Shown in pieces: positions 1-6,542 of a DNA stretch of 40,350 bases. The translations under genes and the position numbers were made by a program. The DNA is from a virus. The stretch lies in IMG/VR virus record IMGVR_UViG_3300037419_000544. One strand, given 5' to 3'. The first letter of the stretch is position 1. Every line of letters begins with the position of its first letter. The notes under the pieces were generated by a model. It worked only from the letters and a program-made list of their open reading frames with translations, did not search any database and had not been told where the DNA came from.

Positions 1-127
1 GTCACGTTGGACGGGTAACGCGGCTCGTGCCAGCCATCTCCCGTTGCGCGCTCGTATTCGTAGTGAATCGTCGCCTCCAGATCGCGTGCTTCGTTCCCGT
101 TCACGCTCAGATTGATGTAGCCGGTGG
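1..127. repeat. Terminal direct repeat, copy 1 (identical to 40224..40350)
   Basis: Base-by-base identity read from the sequence. The repeat lies inside a coding region, consistent with an assembly overlap of a circular or permuted molecule. Confidence 0.95.
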
Positions 128-137
128 TGGTGGGCAT
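1..137 (-). CDS. 5' end of wrap-around CDS (hypothetical early protein, 105 aa in the closed circle; continues at 40350..40043)
   Basis: ATG at 137..135 (MPTTTGYINLSV...) is in frame with ORF 40043..40327 once the 127-nt overlap is collapsed. GGAAGG lies just upstream. Only 128..137 are unique bases. Confidence 0.6.
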   Translation of the reverse strand, partial: MPTTTGYINLSVNGNEARDLEATIHYEYERATGDGWHEPRYPSNV

Positions 138-143
138 GGCGCG

Positions 144-890
144 TTAGCCTTCCGCCTTCACCTCGCACATGCGCTGCACCAGCTGCACGGCACTTTCTTG
201 CAGGCGAGCGACGGTAGGAGCTAGCGCGTCCCAGGCGGCGGCCCAAGCGGCGGCCCTGGCGGCGTCCCAAGCGGCGGCCCTGGCGGAGGCCCAAGCGGCG
301 TCCCTGGCGGCGTCCCTGGCGGCGGCCCAAGCGGCGTCCCTGGCGGAGGCCCAAGCGGCGTCCCTGGCGGCGTCCCTGGCGGCGGCCCAAGCGGCGTCCC
401 TGGCGGAGGCCCTGGCGGAGGCCCTGGCGGCGGCCGCATCCTTGCGAACGGCCTCCAGCGTCGGCATGAGCGACGGGCATCGCGCGAAGTCGGTGATCTC
501 CGGCAGCGACTCCAACAGCTTCGCCTGATCCTCCAACTTCGCCGCGCGCAGCCATGCGGGTGTGTGAGTGCGAATGAGCCAGTCGGCTGCCATCGTGGAA
601 CGTCGACGTTCAACCGCAGGCGTCGAGCGCGTGCCGACAATCAGCTGGATCAGCGGCTTGAGCAGTCGGTCGCGGTCGGTATCACTCGGGAGCGAGTCGT
701 TCCACGACACCATGAATGCGGTGATGACAGGGCACGCGCACTGCGGGGCATCGCTCCACGGCTCGCCAGCCACGTAGCTCACAGCCTCCATCACGCAGGC
801 ATTGAACTCGTTGTCGGTCGGCTCTTCGTGGCTGTTCTTCTTCAGGCTCAGCGCCTGAATCCGCTCGAAGCGTTCCGGGATGATTTGCAT
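144..890 (-). CDS. Hypothetical early protein: Cys-containing N-terminal domain plus C-terminal Ala-rich x-A-A-[R/W] tetrad-repeat region
   Basis: 248-aa ORF with AAGGAGAG RBS before the ATG at 890. GC3-rich. The C-terminal third is encoded by the 12-bp tandem array. Confidence 0.75.
   Translation of the reverse strand: MQIIPERFERIQALSLKKNSHEEPTDNEFNACVMEAVSYVAGEPWSDAPQCACPVITAFMVSWNDSLPSDTDRDRLLKPLIQLIVGTRSTPAVERRRSTMAADWLIRTHTPAWLRAAKLEDQAKLLESLPEITDFARCPSLMPTLEAVRKDAAAARASARASARDAAWAAARDAARDAAWASARDAAWAAARDAARDAAWASARAAAWDAARAAAWAAAWDALAPTVARLQESAVQLVQRMCEVKAEG
231..434. repeat. In-frame tandem array: 17 units of 12 bp (CC[A/T][A/G]GCGG[C/A]G[G/T]C) with an exact 60-bp higher-order duplication (291..350 = 351..410)
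   Basis: Units counted directly. On the minus strand they encode AAAR/ASAR/DAAW/DAAR/AAAW tetrads. Confidence 0.95.
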
Positions 891-925
891 TCGCTCTCTC
901 CTTCGTTAGTCCCCTCTTGGGAGGG

Positions 926-1246
926 TTAGGCCCACTCGCGCTGCTCGCGCACATCAGGGATGCACATGGCTTCGCACTCGGACTCGTAGAGGGTTTCCGC
1001 GACCTCATCGAGCGAGTCCAGGCGAAGGATGGTGTTGGTGTTGCCGACTTGGGCGTAGGAGCCAGTGCCGATGCTGGTTTGGCCGGGGAGGTAGTTCATG
1101 CCGCAACGCTCGCGGATGTACTTCTGGCACTTGTCGTAGCCACCGAGCAGGACAACCATGTTGTTGTCCGTCACCGCGTACAGGTCGCGCGCGCCCTTGC
1201 TCTCGGCCCAGCGGGCGGCTTGCCGAATGTTCATCGCGTTAGCCAT
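926..1246 (-). CDS. Hypothetical protein, first gene of the leftward early operon
   Basis: ATG at 1246 preceded by GGAGAG. The longer 1288 start has no RBS and lies inside the predicted leader. Confidence 0.65.
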   Translation of the reverse strand: MANAMNIRQAARWAESKGARDLYAVTDNNMVVLLGGYDKCQKYIRERCGMNYLPGQTSIGTGSYAQVGNTNTILRLDSLDEVAETLYESECEAMCIPDVREQREWA

Positions 1247-1307
1247 CGTTTCTCTCCAGTTGCTCCCTCTTAGGGAGGGGTGCGCCATCAGTGGCGCGAT
1301 GGGAGAT

Positions 1308-1347
1308 ATTAAACACGATGTTTAGCCTGATGTCAAACACCATGTTT
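1308..1347 (-). promoter_or_regulatory. PL-type early-left promoter with two 13-bp palindromic operators
   Basis: On the minus strand: TTGACA (1336..1331), 17-nt spacer, TTTAAT (1313..1308). Operators AAACACGATGTTT (1311..1323) and AAACACCATGTTT (1335..1347) overlap the -10 and -35. Confidence 0.7.
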
Positions 1348-1392
1348 AACGTCAGCCTTTCGGGTAAACACCAATCAGACGAACGGCAGACG

Positions 1393-1418
1393 CAAAAAAG
1401 CCCGCTCGCGGCGGGCTT
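1393..1418 (-). terminator. Intrinsic terminator ending the repressor-lipoprotein transcript
   Basis: Minus-strand GCCCGC-loop-GCGGGC stem followed by TTTTTT. Confidence 0.8.
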
Positions 1419-1436
1419 GGGGGAGGGGGGGCTCGG

Positions 1437-1853
1437 TTACTGGGCTGTGATCACCAAGTCGTACTGACGATGCGAATTGTCTTCGCAGACACCGATGCCG
1501 GCCTGCTCGCGGAACGTGAACTCGCAGCGCAGAGCGTCACCGTCAGAGGAGGTTGCCAAGACGCGCCCGTTCCCGCTCCCCTGGACATACGTCGTGCCCA
1601 GTGTGTTGATGCCGGCGGCGACCCGGGCCCCTGAAAATGCGGTTGCGAACCCTTGGGACGCGATGACGGCACCCCTGTCGTAGATGTACGGTCCACGATA
1701 GGTCTTGCCGTTTAGATTGATCTCTACCGTTTTCGACGAGCCATCGGCGCGCCCGGTGCCAACTGATCCCCCGTCGCGCGGGTGTAAGGCAAGGGAGTAT
1801 GCGCACCCAACAAGAGATGCGCTACACAATAGCATCGCAAAAACAGAGCGCAT
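1437..1853 (-). CDS. Lipoprotein (moron co-transcribed with the repressor)
   Basis: Signal peptide MRSVFAMLLCSASLVGC with lipobox LVGC. Strong AGGAGG RBS. Lies between the repressor gene and the terminator. Confidence 0.75.
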   Translation of the reverse strand: MRSVFAMLLCSASLVGCAYSLALHPRDGGSVGTGRADGSSKTVEINLNGKTYRGPYIYDRGAVIASQGFATAFSGARVAAGINTLGTTYVQGSGNGRVLATSSDGDALRCEFTFREQAGIGVCEDNSHRQYDLVITAQ

Positions 1854-1896
1854 TGATTCCTCCTATCGCCCGCTCCCACGCCGGGACATGGCCCTG

Positions 1897-2550
1897 TTAC
1901 ACGCGGTGCTTGATCTTTCTCGAAGGCACCGGGTGGGCGACGTAGTACACCCACACCACCTCTTCAGGACGGTAATTCAGCACGGCCTGATCGTTCCAGC
2001 TCCCGAACCGATAGCCATCCCTTCTAGAGAGGAGACGCTTCAACATAGTCTCGCCAGTGGCAAGACGCACTAGAACGTCGTCCTCAAGCTCCGGCTCTGT
2101 GGCCGGCTCGACTAGAGCGAATTCGCCCGGCTGGAACCGGGGAACCATGCTGTCACCGACGACAGGCACCAGAAACGCATGAGGGTCGCTCGTTGCAACC
2201 TCAGCGTACTCATCCGTAGCTCCGACCGGGTAGTCCCCATCAGTCCATACCCGCTCGGGCAGCCCACCCTTACCTTTGCCCACTACCCACACCTTCCTAT
2301 AGCTGGATGTGGGGACAGGGTAACTGATGGGCTGGGTAGCTGTCATCCAGCCTTCACCCTTCGTCAGCCAGGCGGGGCTACAGCCAATTTTTTCTTGGGC
2401 AAGGATCGCCCCGGCCTTTGAGACGCCTCGGCTCTCCCAGTTGTTCAAGACCTGGGGGCTGGTTCCAAGTAAGTCAGCGACCGCTGACTGCCCCTCCGTC
2501 CCGCGCAGGTCTTTGGCGGCCTTGTAAAGCCTGCGCATCGACTCATGCAT
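1897..2550 (-). CDS. CI/LexA-type phage repressor (HTH + S24 peptidase)
   Basis: N-terminal HTH (QSAVADLLGTSPQVLNNWESRG). C-terminal S24 motifs GDSMVP and LKRL. Start taken at MHESMRRLYK (2550) because the longer ORF would run through the operators. Confidence 0.9.
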   Translation of the reverse strand: MHESMRRLYKAAKDLRGTEGQSAVADLLGTSPQVLNNWESRGVSKAGAILAQEKIGCSPAWLTKGEGWMTATQPISYPVPTSSYRKVWVVGKGKGGLPERVWTDGDYPVGATDEYAEVATSDPHAFLVPVVGDSMVPRFQPGEFALVEPATEPELEDDVLVRLATGETMLKRLLSRRDGYRFGSWNDQAVLNYRPEEVVWVYYVAHPVPSRKIKHRV

Positions 2551-2571
2551 GCGGCGGATTGTCGCCTGAGT

Positions 2572-2626
2572 AAACGTGCTGTTGTTAAACGTCACGTTTG
2601 ACTTTTCGTTAAACGTGGTGTTTAAT
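2572..2626. promoter_or_regulatory. OR-type region: three operators plus rightward promoter PR
   Basis: Operators AAACGTGCTGTTG (2572..2584), AAACGTCACGTTT (2587..2599) and AAACGTGGTGTTT (2611..2623). PR is TTGACT (2598..2603), 17 nt, TTTAAT (2621..2626). Confidence 0.7.
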
Positions 2627-2632
2627 GGCGGC

Positions 2633-2872
2633 ATGGAGAAACCCAAAACCCCCGACCCCGACTGGGCCCTCATCCTTGCTCTGGGTGGGGCGGCGGCCGT
2701 CGCCCGGGAACTCAATCTGCCAGAGAACAGCGGCGCTCAGACCGTGCAGAACTGGAAGTACAGAGGCATCCCGGCACGCGTGAAGCTGGCGCGCCCGGAC
2801 CTGTTCCTCCACAACCTCAAGCCCCTTCCTAAGCGGCGCAGGACGCCCACTGTGGGCGAGGCCGGTGCCTGA
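2633..2872 (+). CDS. Cro-like HTH regulator (YdaS/Cro family look)
   Basis: Divergent from the repressor. Segment GGAAAVARELNLPENSGAQTVQNWKYRG. ATG lies 6 nt after the -10 with no SD, so the mRNA is probably leaderless. Confidence 0.7.
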   Translation: MEKPKTPDPDWALILALGGAAAVARELNLPENSGAQTVQNWKYRGIPARVKLARPDLFLHNLKPLPKRRRTPTVGEAGA

Positions 2873-2980
2873 CATGAAGCGTTCATCCATGAAGCGCGGC
2901 CCTCGCACGAAGCTGATGCAAGCGATCAAGCAAAGAGAGGATCGCCACCCCGTTTCTTTGACCGACTGAGAGGAGTCGAT

Positions 2981-3475
2981 ATGAAAGAAGCTATCTGGAC
3001 CTACGTGGACAGCCTTGACGACGACGGCAAGGTGCAGTTCTTCCAGCGAGGGGTTCCGTACAAGCGCCTGACTCTGGAGCAGATCATGTTCAGGTGGGCG
3101 TCGTGGCGAGACTTCAAGTCCTTCGCGGCAGACGTTGGATGGAAGCCAGTGGAGGCGGAGAGCATCGCCTTCCCGTCCGGTGCCGTCCTCAAGACTCAAT
3201 CCGGCCAGATCGTAGATCGCGTGCAGCCCGAGAAGAGCTTGCTTGCTGGTTTGGCGAAGTCGCTCAACGCGCATCGCGCCGAGATGCAGCGCGCTCCGCT
3301 GACGTGGAACACGCGCACGCCGTTCGATCCGTGGGGAGCCGGCTTCGTCGTGAACAGCTCTAGGGCTATCGAGGACGAGTTTCGCAACCTGTTCGCACAG
3401 GACAAGCAGAACGAATTCCAGCGCCTGGGCGAAACCTCCGACCCGCTCCACGCCAGCGCGCTCCTCAAGGGCTGA
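2981..3475 (+). CDS. Hypothetical early protein
   Basis: 164-aa ORF with GAGGAG RBS, followed by a terminator. Confidence 0.7.
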   Translation: MKEAIWTYVDSLDDDGKVQFFQRGVPYKRLTLEQIMFRWASWRDFKSFAADVGWKPVEAESIAFPSGAVLKTQSGQIVDRVQPEKSLLAGLAKSLNAHRAEMQRAPLTWNTRTPFDPWGAGFVVNSSRAIEDEFRNLFAQDKQNEFQRLGETSDPLHASALLKG

Positions 3476-3494
3476 TTCATGCAAGGCGAGCGTT

Positions 3495-3520
3495 CCCCCG
3501 CGATGCGGGGCTTTTTCTCT
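3495..3520 (+). terminator. Intrinsic terminator inside the rightward early operon (tR1-like)
   Basis: CCCCGC-GAT-GCGGGG stem followed by CTTTTTCTCT. Confidence 0.75.
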
Positions 3521-3640
3521 GTCCATCTTGCTCCCATTCCCGGTGTGTTCTTGGCAGTTCGCAACGAGGGCAATGGTGGACAGAGAAAAGGCGAGCAAGC
3601 CTAGACCTGACCCACGACAAGTACCACGGAGCTTAGAGAG

Positions 3641-3844
3641 ATGTACGCAGATTCGTCCCTTATCCGCCGCCACACGGTGATGCTTCGCTTCAACGACAAG
3701 GAGCGCGATTTGATCGAAGCTCTGGTGAACTACACCGGAGCCGAGAAGGCCGCCTACCTGCGCGAGTTGGCCTTGACGATGGCTGTACAGGTTCTGCATG
3801 ACGCTGATGGTGCCTCGTCCGCGCAGGAATTGCGAGTCCGCTGA
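3641..3844 (+). CDS. Small ribbon-helix-helix-like protein
   Basis: HTVMLRFNDKERDLIEALVNYTG fits a beta-strand plus helix RHH pattern. GGAG RBS. Confidence 0.5.
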   Translation: MYADSSLIRRHTVMLRFNDKERDLIEALVNYTGAEKAAYLRELALTMAVQVLHDADGASSAQELRVR

Positions 3845-3928
3845 AGAGCACTTCTAGAGGCGCCACAGAGCGACCCTTAACAGCGCCACAAAGTAACGGA
3901 AAAGCAAAACGGAGAAGAGGGGCACACA

Positions 3929-4123
3929 TTGCAGGCATCAGAGGAACAGGTCGCCTTCAACTCCAAGGAGCACCAGATCTTGGAGCAAGTGGCGCAGAAG
4001 TTGGGGCTTACCGTGGAAGAGGCGGCGAATTTCCTGGCGAAGCAGGCTCTGTCCAAGAGGGCAAATCGCCCCGTGAAGGTGCCGGGGCAGGTCGTTCCTT
4101 TCCGACCCAGGAGCAGGGCATGA
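3929..4123 (+). CDS. Hypothetical small protein (TTG start)
   Basis: 64-aa ORF. Its stop overlaps the next ATG (ATGA). Confidence 0.45.
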   Translation: MQASEEQVAFNSKEHQILEQVAQKLGLTVEEAANFLAKQALSKRANRPVKVPGQVVPFRPRSRA

Positions 4124-4542
4124 ACCCTCCCACAATGACCGAGGTTACCCGCGAAAGCGCCGCCGATGCGAGCGATTTTCCTAGGTGCGCGCCCCTAAAC
4201 GGCGTGGGAGGTGTCCGACACGCCGCATACGTCGAGATGTGCCGCGCCCTCGTCCTGTGGTGCACGTACGGGGATTTCTTGGCCGCAGCCGACTTACGCC
4301 GCCCGCCGTCGCTGGGTGGCTCTCAAGGAGACGCAATGAAAACCAAGACGCAATACGACGCCATTGGGCGCCTGCTCTCGCGCAAGAAGGGTGCGACCAC
4401 GCGCGAACTGATCGAAGCATCGGGATCTGTGTGCCCCTGGAAACGCATGCAGGAGATGCGCAAGCGGGGATGGTTCATCGCCTGGGTGCCGGTGGAGGGT
4501 AAGAACTACGGGAAGTACCACGGAGTCGCGCCGCAGGCGTAA
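4120..4542 (+). CDS. Hypothetical protein with C-terminal winged-helix-like segment (alternative start 4336)
   Basis: ATGA coupling and AGGAG RBS at 4120. An internal ATG at 4336 also has an AAGGAG RBS. Segment RKKGATTRELIEASG. Confidence 0.5.
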   Translation: MNPPTMTEVTRESAADASDFPRCAPLNGVGGVRHAAYVEMCRALVLWCTYGDFLAAADLRRPPSLGGSQGDAMKTKTQYDAIGRLLSRKKGATTRELIEASGSVCPWKRMQEMRKRGWFIAWVPVEGKNYGKYHGVAPQA

Positions 4543-4551
4543 GGCGGGCGA

Positions 4552-5376
4552 GTGAGCTTGGAGGCAATCCGTTGGGCGTTCAGTCAGCCCCTAGAAAAGT
4601 CATCGCACAAGTTCGTGCTGGTGGCAATGGCCGACTGCGTGCGAGCGGACGGCGGTGACATGCTCTGCTGGCCCTCCTACAAGTACCTGACGCTGCGGAC
4701 AAGCCTGAACCTAAAGACCGTGGAGGCGGCGGTTTACTGCCTCAGGGAAGACGGATACATCGTTGACACCGGCATGAAGAAGGGCGAGACCGGCAAGGTT
4801 GTCGTCTACAGACTTAATGCACCCAAAACCGGTGTTGTTAGCACAGCCAATAACGGACCCGAAGACGCTTCCGGCGCTACCGGCAACACCACCGAAAACG
4901 GTGGTATTGGGTTCGAGGCAAATCCCCCCGTTTTTTCCGGTAATCCCCCCCAAAACGGAGAGCAATCCCCCCAAAAAGTACGCTCAATCCCCCCAAAAAC
5001 GGGGGGCAGAACCAGTAAGAACCTAGAAGGAACCGGGAAGGAACCGGGGATAGACGCGGCGTGCGCCGCTTTGCCTGAGGTCCCGAGGAAGCTCGTTGAG
5101 GACTGGCTGAAGGTCCGAAAGGACAAGCGCGCCGGTCCCGTCACCGGCACGGTTGCCGATGGTCTGCGCCGCGAGGCGCGCAAGGCAAACCTGTCCGACG
5201 CCGAGGCGGTCCGTTACTGCTGCGAGGCCGGCTGGCAGAACTTCAATTCCGGGTTTCATGCGAAGCGCGAGGGGCTGAACTCGGCCCCCTCTCGCCCAGC
5301 GCCGGTGAACAAGCACTCGGCGGCAGCCGCCGGGATTTTCGGAAGACCCAACCAAGGCGAGGTGATCGATGTTTAA
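4552..5376 (+). CDS. Replication initiator (lambda O-like role; N-terminal HTH, iterons inside the gene)
   Basis: The N-terminus FVLVAMADCV...WPSYKYLTLRTSLNLKTVEAAVYCL is typical of phage replication HTH proteins. The gene contains an internal iteron array. Confidence 0.7.
   Translation: MSLEAIRWAFSQPLEKSSHKFVLVAMADCVRADGGDMLCWPSYKYLTLRTSLNLKTVEAAVYCLREDGYIVDTGMKKGETGKVVVYRLNAPKTGVVSTANNGPEDASGATGNTTENGGIGFEANPPVFSGNPPQNGEQSPQKVRSIPPKTGGRTSKNLEGTGKEPGIDAACAALPEVPRKLVEDWLKVRKDKRAGPVTGTVADGLRREARKANLSDAEAVRYCCEAGWQNFNSGFHAKREGLNSAPSRPAPVNKHSAAAAGIFGRPNQGEVIDV
4921..5006. repeat. Putative ori iterons: four AATCCCCCC-(A/T-run) repeats at 21-22 bp spacing
   Basis: Copies start at 4921, 4942, 4964 and 4986. 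The last is followed by C6-AAAAAC-G6. Confidence 0.65.
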
Positions 5377-5923
5377 GTCCATTACGACCGTCCTGCCGGA
5401 AGGCGGCCAGTTGCCTCCTGGCCCCGACGAATCCGGCATCAAGCGCGTTTTCATGGTTCTGCACGGCTTCTACGGAAACCTGTTCCTGTCGAAGTTCGCA
5501 ACCGGCAACGTGGAGGCCGGCGAGGACCAGGGAATTGCCAATGCGCGGAAGGTGTGGGCGCATGGTCTGCGGGAGTACGACGCCGGAACCGTCAAAACGG
5601 CCCTGGGACGCTGCCAAACCGCACACCCTGAGTTCCCCCCAAGCCTGCCTCAGTTCGTGGCTCTATGCGCCGCCTGCAAGCCTCGGGAGGTGTATCGCCC
5701 GCCCGTCCAGGCACCAGCCTTGGAAATGAGCGCGGAACTGCGAGAGCAGCGCATGCGCGAGAACCGCGAGAAGGCCGCTGCGCTTCTGCGGGACATGAAG
5801 GAGCGCCCGAAGGAATCCGGGCTTGCGCTTCTGAAACAGGCCATCGCTGCGGCCATTGCTGATGCTGGTGGGGACGAGGCGGCTGCGCTTCTGCGCCTGG
5901 ACCGGATGCTGACCGGCCACTAA
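5369..5923 (+). CDS. Putative replication accessory / helicase-loader-position protein
   Basis: The call rests on position immediately after the initiator (8-nt overlap). No ATPase motif seen. Confidence 0.4.
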   Translation: MFKSITTVLPEGGQLPPGPDESGIKRVFMVLHGFYGNLFLSKFATGNVEAGEDQGIANARKVWAHGLREYDAGTVKTALGRCQTAHPEFPPSLPQFVALCAACKPREVYRPPVQAPALEMSAELREQRMRENREKAAALLRDMKERPKESGLALLKQAIAAAIADAGGDEAAALLRLDRMLTGH

Positions 5924-5932
5924 GGAGCAAGC

Positions 5933-6142
5933 ATGAAAACGCTAGTCATGATCGAGGTAGACCACTCCAAGCCCATTCCGGCTCTTGCCAACATGGTTGC
6001 AGGCCGGGCCTACACGATCAGCGGAGTAACAAACGCTCAGATCGTGGCGCTTCCGTCCCAAGCCTCGACGCGGGAGCTTCAGGAGCAGGGGTTCACGCTG
6101 GCGGAAATCAGTCTCGGCGCTACTGATGTGGTCAGGACGTGA
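5933..6142 (+). CDS. Hypothetical small protein
   Basis: GGAG RBS. 69 aa. Confidence 0.6.
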   Translation: MKTLVMIEVDHSKPIPALANMVAGRAYTISGVTNAQIVALPSQASTRELQEQGFTLAEISLGATDVVRT

Positions 6143-6333
6143 GCAGCATCCGCTCCCGCATGCCCATCGTGGCCGCGACTTTCGCCAAGTACGCCGCGCA
6201 GTTCCCCGGAACCAAGTTGCTCTATGGCTCTGAGAACGGGTACGAAATCGATGTTCGCGAGCCAGTGAACCCTGATTCAGTCTGGACGATCCCCAAGGAC
6301 TTCCGGGCGTACACGCAGAAGGAGAAGAAGTGA
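6139..6333 (+). CDS. Hypothetical small protein
   Basis: GTGA start/stop overlap with the upstream gene. Confidence 0.55.
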   Translation: MSSIRSRMPIVAATFAKYAAQFPGTKLLYGSENGYEIDVREPVNPDSVWTIPKDFRAYTQKEKK

Positions 6334-6542
6334 AACTTATCCCCGAAACGATTGGAGACCGCGTGCTTGTGTGGGTCAAGGAAAACCATGGCACACAAAC
6401 TAACGCGGCGCATGCTCTCGGCATTAGCCAAGGTCTCCTGAGTGCGGTCATCAAGGGTTACAGGAAGCCGCCGAGTCGAATCCTTGAGGCGATGGGGCTG
6501 GTGGAGCGCCGAGTCGAGTACGTGGAGAAGGCCGCTCAATGA
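6330..6542 (+). CDS. Small HTH DNA-binding protein
   Basis: GTQTNAAHALGISQGLLSAVIKG helix-turn-helix. GTGA overlap. Confidence 0.6.
   Translation: MKLIPETIGDRVLVWVKENHGTQTNAAHALGISQGLLSAVIKGYRKPPSRILEAMGLVERRVEYVEKAAQ

Noticed and set aside
1-127. True long terminal repeat / DTR of the virion DNA
   Set aside because: The repeat is intragenic. The P22-type terminase/portal set predicts headful, permuted ends. An exact fixed-length end overlap is what assemblers emit for circular molecules. This cannot be settled without reads.
231-434. Possible CRISPR array or non-coding satellite
   Set aside because: The units are contiguous 12-mers with no spacers. The array is a multiple of 3 and sits in frame inside a GC3-biased ORF with a clear N-terminal domain.
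2551-2715. N-terminal extension of the repressor ORF (track start 2715), and the analogous extensions of cro (2576), int (32895), Q (8788), GroES-like (9497), NinB (6442), gp4-like (16257), SLT protein (22409) and tailspike (25228)
   Set aside because: The extensions run through operators, attP, terminators or upstream genes and lack RBSs. Internal starts have RBSs or start/stop overlaps and match family N-termini.
2874-2969. 31-codon basic ORF (MKRSSMKRGPRTKLMQAIKQREDRHPVSLTD) between cro-like gene and the next gene
   Set aside because: There is no convincing RBS or coupling, and it is too short to judge. It could be real (cII-like position), but the sequence alone does not support it.
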